This document shows, piece by piece, positions 28,169 to 38,319 of a stretch of 64,000 nucleotides of DNA. Made by a program: the position numbers and the translations under genes. Origin of the DNA: an uncultured Candidatus Saccharibacteria bacterium (GTDB taxonomy: Bacteria; Patescibacteriota; Minisyncoccia; Phycocordibacterales; UBA918); NCBI GenBank assembly GCA_964350735.1, contig CAYGKO010000002.1, positions 90,134 to 154,133 on the forward strand. The letters are read 5' to 3'. How positions within the stretch are numbered: position 1 is the first letter of the stretch; each line of letters begins with the position of its first letter. Under the pieces are notes generated by a model, which was not told the origin of the DNA, did no database searches, and saw nothing but the letters and a program-made list of their open reading frames with translations.

Positions 28169-28211
28169 AGGAAATTAAGTCTTACACTTTTATATTTGTA
28201 GTATACAGCAA

Positions 28212-29057
28212 TTAAACTCGTTGCTGAAGAAGGGCCATAGCACCGTACAATCCACCGACATCGGCTAGTTGGGCATCAACGATAGCGGGACAGGGTACTA
28301 CGTCATCAAGGGCATTCTCGGTGTGCTGAATGATATCATTGAGTAGGATACGCGGATCACCCACAATCATTGAACCGCCAAGTACCACCACATCAGGTGA
28401 CCAGTACAAAATTGTATTACGTAGACCATACCCCAGGTAGGCAGCTAACTGATCCCAGACTGCGTCATTTTGTGGCACATCGTACGGCTTCATCCCCATG
28501 CGTTTCTCAAGCGCAGTACCAGACACTAGGTTTTCTAAGGTCGGGGGCGTGTCCTCGCCCAGAATAGTCTGGTCAATATCCAAAATCTGGTGGCCAGGTT
28601 CAAAGCCATACTCGGTTGGACTCACGTGGCCGTTAATAATCCGAGCACCACCCACTCCGGTACTGACTGTTAGATACACGACCAACTCTTCACCTTTACC
28701 AGCTCCGTACACCGCTTCACCTAATCCAACGACTGCCGCATCATTCTCAAGCTGTGCCGGGCAACCAAACGCTTTCTTCATTTCAGCGGCAATTGGTTGA
28801 TCTACCCAACCTGGTAGTTTATCGCCCGGGTCAAAAATAAGTTCCGATTTATCATGATTTAAAATACCGCGAATACCACCAGCTACCCCTCGAATCTTTT
28901 TGTCTGTGAGTGACGCTACTGCCGTCTTCATTTCTTTAATCCCCTCTTTATAGTTTGCTGGGGTAGCAAATTTTACTGGCTCACAAAAAGTCTTTAGGTC
29001 TTCGCTGACTGCGACCCGGGTCTTCGTACCACCAACATCAAAAAGAACGTAACTCAT
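28212..29057 (-). CDS. ROK family sugar kinase
   Basis: DVGGTK, ENDA, STGVGG and EPGH. Confidence 0.92.
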   Translation of the reverse strand: MSYVLFDVGGTKTRVAVSEDLKTFCEPVKFATPANYKEGIKEMKTAVASLTDKKIRGVAGGIRGILNHDKSELIFDPGDKLPGWVDQPIAAEMKKAFGCPAQLENDAAVVGLGEAVYGAGKGEELVVYLTVSTGVGGARIINGHVSPTEYGFEPGHQILDIDQTILGEDTPPTLENLVSGTALEKRMGMKPYDVPQNDAVWDQLAAYLGYGLRNTILYWSPDVVVLGGSMIVGDPRILLNDIIQHTENALDDVVPCPAIVDAQLADVGGLYGAMALLQQRV

Positions 29058-29061
29058 ATAT

Positions 29062-29556
29062 TTATGTCATTAGTTTATCACGAACCTCTAGCCAAGATTC
29101 TTTCATCCAATCTGCTATGTGGGTTTCTTTCAAAAGCAGATCGTCTATAGACGCAATAGGTACCCACTTGGTCTCTGCCACCTCAGAGGGATCCAGATTT
29201 AGTACCATATCTTTTGGAATGTGCGCTTTAAAAATAACTGAGAATGTATCCTTACCTTTTATGCACTCAGTCAGCTGTATAAGCTCAGTATCAATACCCA
29301 GTTCTTCTTTTATTTCACGCCTACCCGCTTCTTCGTAGCTCTCTCCATAATCAACATGCCCACCAGACATATCCCAATACCCAGGAAAAGCAAACATAGT
29401 ATCTGATCGCTTTTGGAGTAGAAGATACTTTCCATCAGTACTTATAATGAAAACTCTGGCTATCTGCCTATACCAATTATTATTCCGAGCTTCTGTGATT
29501 GTCGTGACTCCAATAACTTTATTCTCTTCATCAACCTTATGAATTGGATTTGGCAT
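29062..29556 (-). CDS. NUDIX hydrolase (IDI-like)
   Basis: Nudix box GHVDYGESYEEAGRREIKEELG, and LLQKRS. Confidence 0.9.
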   Translation of the reverse strand: MPNPIHKVDEENKVIGVTTITEARNNNWYRQIARVFIISTDGKYLLLQKRSDTMFAFPGYWDMSGGHVDYGESYEEAGRREIKEELGIDTELIQLTECIKGKDTFSVIFKAHIPKDMVLNLDPSEVAETKWVPIASIDDLLLKETHIADWMKESWLEVRDKLMT

Positions 29557-29558
29557 AC

Positions 29559-30818
29559 TTACATCTTCAAGATCTTCCTTGTCTTGTCCTTATACAATTC
29601 GACATTTGGTTGATTAAAGGCATTGACACCCATCAAATTGGCGACATACATGGTTTCAAGCATCCGCATTCCCATGAAGAGGCCGAGCGAGTAGGCTAAG
29701 TCGTCTTCTAGTAGCGTTGCGCGGTACGGTAGCTCTTGCGCTTGATAGGCACCAACTACTCCCCCGTAAATAGCAGTGCTGATTTCTTGCAATGACTTTC
29801 CTTTAAGTTTTGGAGCAATTTTTGTTTTCTTACTGACTTCAAAGTCATGCACTTCGTCATCAAAAGAAACGAAGTCGGTGTAGACATTCGGGAATTTACT
29901 AAAGTACAACTGACCGATCGAATGTAACTCTACTGGCGTTGAGATAGTCGGGATAAACCCTTCTTTCACTGGCTGTTTTTTAGTGTCAAATTCCTTCCCT
30001 AAACTTTCAGCAGTCAGCTGGCGATACCACTTACCGAGTCGCACCAGTCGGGTATCGAACGCAAAGAAATTAACGCTGTTGGTTCCCTTTTGCAGGTATG
30101 CATACAATCGCGCAGCACTCTCTGCCACGGCTTCTTCGAAAGGTTCCGCTGTAGCATCTTCGAGACCATTAAGAATAGCTTCGATATCATGACCGAGTAG
30201 CATGAGCGGCACCAGCCCCACGCTTGTAAAGACCGAGTAACGACCACCGATACTTTCTTGCATCGGCACCACGTGGCCACCCAATTTCTTACCGGCCTTG
30301 AGGAGGTCATTGCCCGGATTACCGATATACACCACCTGTTTGTACACAACCTTTCCAAGCTGATCTTCAAGCGCTTCGAGCAAGACTGATGTATTAGCCA
30401 GTGTCTCGGTGGTCCCGCCAGATTTACTAATGGCACAAATTGCGATCTGTTCAGCTTTTTTAACCCCCTTAAGAGCGCTGAGAAGCTGTTGTAACTCAAA
30501 AGCTGAAACGGTATCAAGTATGTGCAGTTGCGGCGACTTCTCAATCGCCAGCACACTATGGATCGCCTCCGTCCCCAAGCTTGATCCGCCAATTCCAACT
30601 ACGACAACATGCTTCACTTTCTTGAAGTGCGGTTGCAGTGCGTATACTGCCTCAAGAGTCGCCTCATCCTGCCACGTCGCTAGTGAAGATTCGGCTTTAG
30701 TAAAATCACCTCCATTTACAATTTTTAATACCTTCTTTCGGTATTTCTCTAAATCATTTACCCCCTTAGTAATCGCTCGGTCAGTAACTGTCTTAGTGTC
30801 AAAGTAGGTAATATTCAT
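29559..30818 (-). CDS. pgi: Glucose-6-phosphate isomerase
   Basis: GIGGSSLG, SKSGGTTET, GGRYSV, ESLGK and NQPNVELYK. Confidence 0.94.
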   Translation of the reverse strand: MNITYFDTKTVTDRAITKGVNDLEKYRKKVLKIVNGGDFTKAESSLATWQDEATLEAVYALQPHFKKVKHVVVVGIGGSSLGTEAIHSVLAIEKSPQLHILDTVSAFELQQLLSALKGVKKAEQIAICAISKSGGTTETLANTSVLLEALEDQLGKVVYKQVVYIGNPGNDLLKAGKKLGGHVVPMQESIGGRYSVFTSVGLVPLMLLGHDIEAILNGLEDATAEPFEEAVAESAARLYAYLQKGTNSVNFFAFDTRLVRLGKWYRQLTAESLGKEFDTKKQPVKEGFIPTISTPVELHSIGQLYFSKFPNVYTDFVSFDDEVHDFEVSKKTKIAPKLKGKSLQEISTAIYGGVVGAYQAQELPYRATLLEDDLAYSLGLFMGMRMLETMYVANLMGVNAFNQPNVELYKDKTRKILKM

Positions 30819-30833
30819 AAGAGAAGTGTTAGG

Positions 30834-31571
30834 TTAAATCTTGCGCGGGTTTTTAGTATCTACTACTTTCATGATGTACTTATAGGCTTCATCAACACTA
30901 TCTACTAAGTGGAAGAGATCGAGATCCTCTTTACTGATCGTCTTGTATTTCTTAAGTAGATCTTTTTCAAAGTATTGCAGGAGTGGTGTCCAATATTCTT
31001 TTCCAAATAGAACAATTGGTACTGGTTCAATTTTTTTGGTCTGAATAAGTGTGACGATTTCAAAGAATTCATCCATAGTGCCGAAACCACCGGGGAAATA
31101 CACATACACCTCAGATGCGTAGGTCAACATCACTTTTCGTGAGAAAAAGAAGTGATAATTTTGGGACTCAGTGGTGTATGGATTAAGCTTTTGCTCAAAC
31201 GGCAATTCGATATTAAGTCCAACTGACTTCCCTCCCACCTTAAACGCACCAACATTAGCCGCTTCCATTACTCCTGGTCCCCCGCCAGTAATAATGGCAA
31301 AGTTCTTCTTTGCTAACCTTGCAGCTAATTCTTCGGCTCCGGCATACACTTCATCTCCAGCGCCACAACGCGCACTTCCGAAGAACGTTGCCGCCATACC
31401 GTATTTACGAAGCAATTCAAATCCTTCCACAAATTCCGCCATAATGCGGAACACTCGCCAACTTTCGACAGCATCTCCATTAGCATCAAGGAGTTCAGTT
31501 ACAATCCGGCAATTATCAATATGTTTCTTTCCTTTCTTAGCTACTTTTTTAGTGGTGGTTTTTCTTGGCAT
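30834..31571 (-). CDS. LOG family (TIGR00730-like) protein
   Basis: FFGSAR, TGGGPGVMEA and FPGGFGTMDE. Confidence 0.93.
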   Translation of the reverse strand: MPRKTTTKKVAKKGKKHIDNCRIVTELLDANGDAVESWRVFRIMAEFVEGFELLRKYGMAATFFGSARCGAGDEVYAGAEELAARLAKKNFAIITGGGPGVMEAANVGAFKVGGKSVGLNIELPFEQKLNPYTTESQNYHFFFSRKVMLTYASEVYVYFPGGFGTMDEFFEIVTLIQTKKIEPVPIVLFGKEYWTPLLQYFEKDLLKKYKTISKEDLDLFHLVDSVDEAYKYIMKVVDTKNPRKI

Positions 31572-31673
31572 GCTTACATTTTATCATGCACTTAGAGCCA
31601 GTGGATTTTATATTGCTCAAATTCTGGGGTTAACCTTGCTTAGGCAAGCTGTGCAGCTTCTGTAAGAAGAAGT

Positions 31674-32267
31674 TTACAACCAAGGAATTTCGTATTGTTC
31701 AAATTCTGGTAATAACTTTTTGTCATAGAGTAGTCGCGAAGTGACTTCCGCGTGGCAAAGCGCACCGGTCAGTGCATTATGCGGATGGGGCTCTTCGGGA
31801 ATACCGCAGTAGTTCAATACCATATCGAGATTCAGCGCACTGCGCTTATGCTGAGGATCAACCGGCGGAGTGCCACCAGACTTAATGATATGCATCCAAC
31901 ACATAGTATGAGTGTCGAGCGTACGGTAGGCCAGCGTCCAGTTCTGACCAGCCCGTTCTGTACCAGCGCGCAGCATATCGCGATCAAAGGATACATTCTG
32001 TCCCGTTAGAGTGCGATCAGCCAAATGCTGTGTCCATTCCATAAACTCAATCACCAGTTCCGCCTCAGTCTTTTTAGTTTCATCGGTAATCTCTGCTTCA
32101 GTAAAACCATTAACCTCAAGCGCCCCGTCCATTACATGTGCCCCCTCCCAAATCTTACACTCACCATAAAACCGCTTGGCCGGATCCTCAAAACTCACCG
32201 CTCCAATCGACACAATCGAGTGCTTGTCATAATTTGTACCTGAGGCTTCGATATCAAGAATCAACAT
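31674..32267 (-). CDS. DEDDh 3'-5' exonuclease
   Basis: LDIEASG, NVSFD and HNALTGA (G in place of the usual last D). Confidence 0.85.
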   Translation of the reverse strand: MLILDIEASGTNYDKHSIVSIGAVSFEDPAKRFYGECKIWEGAHVMDGALEVNGFTEAEITDETKKTEAELVIEFMEWTQHLADRTLTGQNVSFDRDMLRAGTERAGQNWTLAYRTLDTHTMCWMHIIKSGGTPPVDPQHKRSALNLDMVLNYCGIPEEPHPHNALTGALCHAEVTSRLLYDKKLLPEFEQYEIPWL

Positions 32268-32270
32268 AGT

Positions 32271-33473
32271 TTATTTAAAAGTATCAGGAATTTGAACGAT
32301 CTTCATATCAATTAACCTTCCTGGTCTAGTGGCAATATCATACCGTCCAAATCCTATCTCACCTTCAGAAGTTACAATAAAGTCACTGTCACATGTCATA
32401 CCAATGTCACCACATAAGGTAATTTCTGGTGAATTTTCAGTGTACAAAACTTCAGTACGATTAGCAGCATAATCAAACACCTTAACTTCAGTAGAACTCA
32501 CTGTTACGAGTAACGTGTTTGAAGGATCTGTACTAAATTGGTTAAACCGAAACCACTGCTTTGCATCATCAAACGGAACACCATCCCAATCCAAAGAATT
32601 AACTACCTCCCCAGTTGACTCATCAAATACTAGATATCCAGAAGGAGCGTGTGAGCATCTATCACAAATCACTAATAGCGTAACCTCCTCTTCGGACAAA
32701 ATTCTACCCCACATAGAAAAACCAGTGTCTTGTGCGTACATTATAAAATCAGGAAAGCTTAGTCCGAGATGTGTAGCAACTACTCTCGTGTACTTATTAT
32801 CGATCAGGGAAATAGCTGTTTCGATGCGCCAGCTTAAATCTTTTTGGTCAACTGTCTTAACCTCCTTTTTTTCCACTTCAATCCAAGGCTCTTTTGATAA
32901 GTCTTCTACATAACACTGTCCATCATCTGGACAAATTCTATTATCATTCTCTGGGATCAACTTATAGCGATAGCCACTATCAGTCCACTCAAAAATCGTG
33001 CCATTTCCAGCTACAGACCCCAACAGAGTGAGCACGTCTGTTTTGGCGTCGTATACATACAAAACCATCGGACCATGGTTAGTTTTACTTGAACTGATTT
33101 GGTAAACTCCGTTATCGTTACCACTTCGAACATACAGGAATGGATACATAAAATCTTTCTCCTTCAGTAACTTAAGAACCCCACTTGAAATTGATCCTAC
33201 TTCAGGTGAAACTTCGACAAAAATCTTACTGTTCCCACTTGAATTTTTCTCATCGAGTTCCATACCATCATATGGAACTTCTTTTACTACCCGTTCTTCA
33301 TCTTCAAATATCCTGTCCCCTGCTAACTGATATCCCACATACCCACCCACAAACGGCAGGATAATGAAAAGTGCCATCGCTAGGTACTTTGACACTGGTG
33401 TGACTTGATGGAGACGACTGGCAGGAGCCGCTGCCGTTTCTTCATTTTCTACTGGAGTATTTTCTGGTTCCAT
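32271..33473 (-). CDS. Hypothetical single-TM surface protein
   Basis: N-terminal anchor LHQVTPVSKYLAMALFIILPFVGGYVGY followed by a beta-rich domain with Cys pairs. Confidence 0.75.
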   Translation of the reverse strand: MEPENTPVENEETAAAPASRLHQVTPVSKYLAMALFIILPFVGGYVGYQLAGDRIFEDEERVVKEVPYDGMELDEKNSSGNSKIFVEVSPEVGSISSGVLKLLKEKDFMYPFLYVRSGNDNGVYQISSSKTNHGPMVLYVYDAKTDVLTLLGSVAGNGTIFEWTDSGYRYKLIPENDNRICPDDGQCYVEDLSKEPWIEVEKKEVKTVDQKDLSWRIETAISLIDNKYTRVVATHLGLSFPDFIMYAQDTGFSMWGRILSEEEVTLLVICDRCSHAPSGYLVFDESTGEVVNSLDWDGVPFDDAKQWFRFNQFSTDPSNTLLVTVSSTEVKVFDYAANRTEVLYTENSPEITLCGDIGMTCDSDFIVTSEGEIGFGRYDIATRPGRLIDMKIVQIPDTFK

Positions 33474-33512
33474 ATAATGAAACTATAGCACTATTTGCTA
33501 TGATAAGAGGAT

Positions 33513-34175
33513 ATGAATGTGCAAATTGAGGACAGTTGGAGGGGGGCTCTGGCTGATGAATTTGAAAAGGAGTATTTTAAAACTCTCTCGGCTTCGGTCA
33601 GCGCAGAATATCTGATTAGGACTATCTATCCGCCAGAGTCACTTATTTTTAATGCGTTTAATCACTGTGCTTTTGCTGATGTAAAAGTGGTTATCCTAGG
33701 GCAAGACCCATATCACGGCCCCGGACAAGCGATGGGGCTAGCGTTCTCAGTACCAGACGAAACAAAGGTTCCACCGTCACTCTTGAATATATATAAAGAA
33801 ATTAACGCTGATATTGGAACCGAAATTCCAAGCAGCGGAAACTTAGCGCGGTGGGCCACGCAAGGTGTTTTACTACTGAATTCGACGCTTACCGTGCGTG
33901 CCGGTGAAGCCGGCGCGCACCAAGGCCTCGGCTGGGAAACCTTCACCGACGCAGTGATCAAAAAGATATCGGATGAGAAAGAACACGTCGTATTTCTGCT
34001 CTGGGGCAATTACGCCCACAGTAAAAGCTCTTTGATCGACACAGCAAAACATCTGGTACTCGAAGCCCCGCACCCTTCACCACTATCAGCTCACCGCGGC
34101 TTCTTCGGGTGTAAACACTTTTCTCAAACTAACAATTACCTGCAGAAGCAAGATTACAGACCTATTACTTGGTAG
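33513..34175 (+). CDS. ung: Uracil-DNA glycosylase
   Basis: GQDPYH, PPSL, GVLLLN and HPSPLS. Confidence 0.97.
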   Translation: MNVQIEDSWRGALADEFEKEYFKTLSASVSAEYLIRTIYPPESLIFNAFNHCAFADVKVVILGQDPYHGPGQAMGLAFSVPDETKVPPSLLNIYKEINADIGTEIPSSGNLARWATQGVLLLNSTLTVRAGEAGAHQGLGWETFTDAVIKKISDEKEHVVFLLWGNYAHSKSSLIDTAKHLVLEAPHPSPLSAHRGFFGCKHFSQTNNYLQKQDYRPITW

Positions 34176-34964
34176 CTAATCTGTCACCACTTTTGCAACA
34201 GCGGCACCGAAATACACGATACAAGCTGTGACGTAAACCCATATTAGCAAGGCAAGAATAAGACCGGCTGCGCCGAAGAGTCCCGGTACTGGAGTCAGGT
34301 CAACGTACAAAGCTACCAGTACTTTAGCCACCATAAACAGAACAGCGGCAACTGACGCGCCTAAAATTCTCGCTTTCAAGCTTGGTGACTCCCAGGGCAA
34401 CACCTTATATAAAAGACTAAACAATAGTGTCGTTACCAAAAAGATAAAGAGCAGCTTTAGGGTCCAAAGTATTGGGTACCACGTTCCTCCAGATAGAGTT
34501 TCCACCATCAAACTGACGCCAATGACTGAGAGTATATACAGCTCTAGAATTACAATAAAAGAAATTGAATTCAAGCATTTTTTAAGCCACCCTTTAAAAC
34601 CACGATGTCCAATTCCCCACAAGTGATGCAGCCCGGACGTAACAGTGTTACACATCACCACCACCATTCCTGAGAAAAAAATCGCGCCAAAGATTGGTAA
34701 TCCGATACCGGCTGACAAGTCATCGAGATTTTGAACTGCCAAACTCAACAGTGTCAGAATATCAGGACCGAGCACTGCGCCCCAGCTAAGCAGTTGGACC
34801 TTAATTGTATCTCCACCCACAACCAGACCAAGTAAAGTAATAGTGAGCAATAACAGTGGCGTAATAGCGAACAATGAGTAATACGAAACTGTGGCAGCCA
34901 TATGGTCAGCATCACGATCGTACCAGAGCTCAGCTGCAGCTAACAGCGTTTTAAAGAAATTCAT
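34176..34964 (-). CDS. YihY/BrkB family membrane protein
   Basis: AATVSYYSLFAITP, LYKVLP and LIWVY...FGA. ATG at 34964. Confidence 0.9.
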   Translation of the reverse strand: MNFFKTLLAAAELWYDRDADHMAATVSYYSLFAITPLLLLTITLLGLVVGGDTIKVQLLSWGAVLGPDILTLLSLAVQNLDDLSAGIGLPIFGAIFFSGMVVVMCNTVTSGLHHLWGIGHRGFKGWLKKCLNSISFIVILELYILSVIGVSLMVETLSGGTWYPILWTLKLLFIFLVTTLLFSLLYKVLPWESPSLKARILGASVAAVLFMVAKVLVALYVDLTPVPGLFGAAGLILALLIWVYVTACIVYFGAAVAKVVTD

Positions 34965-34977
34965 ACCAAATAGATTA

Positions 34978-35331
34978 TCACAAACCAGGGCAATTACTGG
35001 CTGGACTGTACCCCGCACTCGCAGCCTGCTCAGCAGTACTGAAGAAAACTTTATTAGCTTCATTCATCTGCTTGGCCCCGGGACAGGTCAGGAGATGATA
35101 TTTAGTGCCATTCTTAGAAGCGACATAATTTTTAGCGCTATTGTCAGACGTTTCGGCTGCTGTAACAGGGTCAGAGAGTGGCTGAGTGACTGACACTGCT
35201 GCAGATTGGTTTTCTACTACTGAACTCATCGAAAGTTTCCCCAGACCAAAAGAAGCGCCCGCCACCACAATAATCAATAGTCCGTAAAAAACCGCATCAT
35301 CTGCCAAAAACCCCTTGATCTTATTGAACAT
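34978..35331 (-). CDS. Membrane-anchored protein with an Ada-like metal-binding domain
   Basis: VASKNGTKYH..TCPGA...AGYSP...C. Confidence 0.8.
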   Translation of the reverse strand: MFNKIKGFLADDAVFYGLLIIVVAGASFGLGKLSMSSVVENQSAAVSVTQPLSDPVTAAETSDNSAKNYVASKNGTKYHLLTCPGAKQMNEANKVFFSTAEQAASAGYSPASNCPGL

Positions 35332-35373
35332 ATCTTGTATACTCTCGCCACTAAAGTCTAATTATTATATCGT

Positions 35374-35652
35374 ATGTCACAGAAAAAAGCCGGTGGATCG
35401 TCAAAAAACCTACGTGATTCAAATGCAAAATATTTGGGTGTTAAGCGTGCTGACGGCCAAAAGGTAGAAACTGGTGAAGTCATTGTACGACAGCGAGGCA
35501 CTAAGATCGAAGCTGGTACAAACGTTAAAGTTGGAAAAGATCACACTCTTTTCGCAGCTACTCCAGGAACAGTTACTTTCCGCGAAAAGCGAAAGGTTCG
35601 ATACAACGGTCAGGTTACAACCAAAAAAACAGTTGACGTGGTAGTTGCGTAA
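35374..35652 (+). CDS. rpmA: 50S ribosomal protein L27
   Basis: [19 protein letters not shown] and GKDHTLFA. Confidence 0.97.
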   Translation: MSQKKAGGSSKNLRDSNAKYLGVKRADGQKVETGEVIVRQRGTKIEAGTNVKVGKDHTLFAATPGTVTFREKRKVRYNGQVTTKKTVDVVVA

Positions 35653-35660
35653 GCGACTCC

Positions 35661-35756
35661 ATAAGAAAAGCCGACGCGTATCGCGTCGGCTTTTCTTATC
35701 CATTTAATGAACAACGATACAAAAAGCTCCCACTGGGAGCTTTTTGTATCGTTGTT
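35661..35756. terminator. Two adjacent long perfect hairpins between convergent genes
   Basis: 18-bp arms at 35661-35699 and 23-bp arms at 35710-35756. Confidence 0.75.
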
Positions 35757-35765
35757 ACTATAAGG

Positions 35766-36467
35766 CTAGTTTCGTACGATAGTAATAGATTCGATCACCA
35801 CTGGATCAGCTGGAATATCTCGGGGCTTAGTTTCGGTTGTGCCAATCGCGTCGACTACATCCATACCTTTAGTTACTCGTCCAAACACTGGATGTTTTGA
35901 AGTGAATGGCGGTTTATCGAAGTCAAGATTGGTATTGTCATTGAGGTTAATAAACCACTGACTACCACCTGAGTTCGGTTGGCCAGTGTTCGCCATTGCG
36001 ATAGTGCCTCGTACGTTTGTCAAAAGCTCACCTTCTACAAACTCATCTTGCACATTTTCGTCTGGTCCCCCTGTACCGTAAATAGCTTCATTGTCGCCAC
36101 GACTATTTGGATCACCTCCTTGAATCATGAAGCCTTCAATCACACGATGAAATTTAGTATCAGTATAAAAGTCAGACTCTACCAACTTCACAAAGTTAGC
36201 AACTGTTACTGGCATTTGATCTTCAAAAAGTTCAAGTTCGATTACACCACGATTAGTGGTAAAAACTGCTGTTGGATTCATATCGTTAATTACACTAGGA
36301 TTAAACACCTCCTGCTCTTCTGCTGTATACGGTCCGGCAAACTCAGTGTCCTCATCTAGCACTAAGAGTTCTCGCGTATCACTGGTTGCACTACCCCACC
36401 ACGCCAAAGCGAGCACAAGGAGTCCGCAAACCCCCAGTAGCGCAACAATATATGAGGTCTTGATCAT
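35766..36467 (-). CDS. Cyclophilin-type peptidyl-prolyl isomerase, membrane-anchored
   Basis: FHRVIEGFMIQGGDP, AMAN, GSQWFIN and HPVFG. Confidence 0.95.
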   Translation of the reverse strand: MIKTSYIVALLGVCGLLVLALAWWGSATSDTRELLVLDEDTEFAGPYTAEEQEVFNPSVINDMNPTAVFTTNRGVIELELFEDQMPVTVANFVKLVESDFYTDTKFHRVIEGFMIQGGDPNSRGDNEAIYGTGGPDENVQDEFVEGELLTNVRGTIAMANTGQPNSGGSQWFINLNDNTNLDFDKPPFTSKHPVFGRVTKGMDVVDAIGTTETKPRDIPADPVVIESITIVRN

Positions 36468-36469
36468 AC

Positions 36470-36910
36470 TTACGCCGCTACTATATTAACCGTGATTTCT
36501 ACTTCGGTGTCAGCACTTTTAAGTGCTACCGTATGCTCACCGACAGACTTAATTGGTTCAGCAAAGACCACTTGAGCTGCCGACACTGCCTGTCCAGCAG
36601 CAACAGCTGCAGCCGCTACAGTTTCTGCCTTCACCGCTTCAAACATGTGCCCTTGCTCATTTGCTTCTACCGTAAGTACGAGTGGCGTAGCCTTGAAAGC
36701 TTCGGCTGCTGCCTGCAGCTGTTCAGTACTTGCCCCAGCTTCAGCTGTACGCTTAGCATTTCGGGCTGCATTCTTTTTTAGATTCTCTGGTGATGCCAAT
36801 TCTGCTAAGCCCCGGGGAATAAGCATATTCATTGCATACCCATCAGGCACGGTAGCTTCCTCAAATCGACGTCCAATCTTCGCTACATCTTGTAGAAGAA
36901 TTACTTTCAT
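36470..36910 (-). CDS. rplI: 50S ribosomal protein L9
   Basis: [27 protein letters not shown] and PIKSVGEH. Confidence 0.95.
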   Translation of the reverse strand: MKVILLQDVAKIGRRFEEATVPDGYAMNMLIPRGLAELASPENLKKNAARNAKRTAEAGASTEQLQAAAEAFKATPLVLTVEANEQGHMFEAVKAETVAAAAVAAGQAVSAAQVVFAEPIKSVGEHTVALKSADTEVEITVNIVAA

Positions 36911-36974
36911 AGTTTAGTATCAATCAATAATAAAGTGTCGCTATCATAGCGAAATTGCGCACACAGAGCAAATG

Positions 36975-38234
36975 CTAGCGATTTAGGTACTCAATGGCGG
37001 CTTCAAGTTGTGGATCAATATCCTCAACAATTTGTTGTGGGGTTCTTTCAATTTCAATATCTGGAGTCAATCCCCCGTCTGAAATTGAGGTACCATCAGG
37101 TGTAAACCAGCGAGCAATCGTGACCTTAAGCGATGCACGGTCTGGCAAATCTACCAATTCTTGCACTGACCCCTTACCAAAGGTATTTTCACCCAGGAGT
37201 ACTGCTACGCCATGTTCCTGTAGTGCCCCAGCCAAAATCTCAGAGGCAGACGCCGAACCACCATCGATCAACACCACCATTTCTTCAGGTGCCATTTCAC
37301 GCATCGTGCGACCGCTACTTCGATAGACTTCCTCTTCCGTATTCTCACCAAAGCTCTCACGCACTACCACCTTCCCAGCTGGTAAGAAATATCCAGCGAT
37401 CGCAACCGCACTCTGCAAGAATCCACCAGGGTTACCGCGGAGGTCGAGCACGAGCTTATCTGCCCCTGATCGGACGTATTCTCGCAGTGCTTCCTGCATC
37501 TTTTGCTCTGAGATCGCGTTAAAACTATAGAGACTAATAATGAACACATCACCTTCTTGTTCAGTAGCGATGGTTGGAATATCAATCAGGTCGCGGATGA
37601 CACTAATCTCTTTGAAATCCATCTCCCCTTCTCGTGCCACGGTCAGCACCACTTCAGTTCCTCGTTCACCTCGGATTAGCTTCACAGCCGCATCAATCCC
37701 CATTCCGTCAGTACTGGTCTCGTCAATCTTGGTGACAATATCTCCTGCCACAATCCCCGCTCGTTCTGCTGGCGTGTTCGGGAGTGGCGCAATTACCGTA
37801 ATGAAACCATCACGCAGACCAACCTCCATACCAACTCCACTGAATTCTCCTGATATATCCTCCTCAAACTGTGCAGCTTCTTGTGGTGGTAAATATACTG
37901 TATACGGATCGTCGTAACTACCAACCAAACCATCAATAGCCCCCTGGATTCTATCTTCGACTGATACAGTTGCAGTACTCGAAGAATTGACGAATTTCTC
38001 CTCCATTAGATCCCACACCCGCCAGAACTCCGTCAGGTCAGCTTCATCAGGTTGCGCTGGTTGTGTCGAAAAGAACGAGAACAAACTAGCTTCATTCTGC
38101 GCTTCTGCTACTTGCCCTCCACCTAACTGAAAGCCGGAGAAAAAAGCCGCTGCAGACAGCAAGACAGCCAGGCCGACCCCTAACAAATTAGCTTTAGACT
38201 TCCCTTCAGTTTCAGTCAAAATAGTTTCACTCAT
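36975..38234 (-). CDS. S41 carboxyl-terminal processing protease
   Basis: DPYT, a PDZ domain, DLRGNPGG, SASASEI and TFGKGSVQ. Confidence 0.95.
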   Translation of the reverse strand: MSETILTETEGKSKANLLGVGLAVLLSAAAFFSGFQLGGGQVAEAQNEASLFSFFSTQPAQPDEADLTEFWRVWDLMEEKFVNSSSTATVSVEDRIQGAIDGLVGSYDDPYTVYLPPQEAAQFEEDISGEFSGVGMEVGLRDGFITVIAPLPNTPAERAGIVAGDIVTKIDETSTDGMGIDAAVKLIRGERGTEVVLTVAREGEMDFKEISVIRDLIDIPTIATEQEGDVFIISLYSFNAISEQKMQEALREYVRSGADKLVLDLRGNPGGFLQSAVAIAGYFLPAGKVVVRESFGENTEEEVYRSSGRTMREMAPEEMVVLIDGGSASASEILAGALQEHGVAVLLGENTFGKGSVQELVDLPDRASLKVTIARWFTPDGTSISDGGLTPDIEIERTPQQIVEDIDPQLEAAIEYLNR

Positions 38235-38319
38235 GTGTCTAATATTACGCGTAAAGTACACGTATTATTGCACAGGCAATTACAATCACCAAAAAACTGC
38301 ATGCTATCATATAGGCAGT

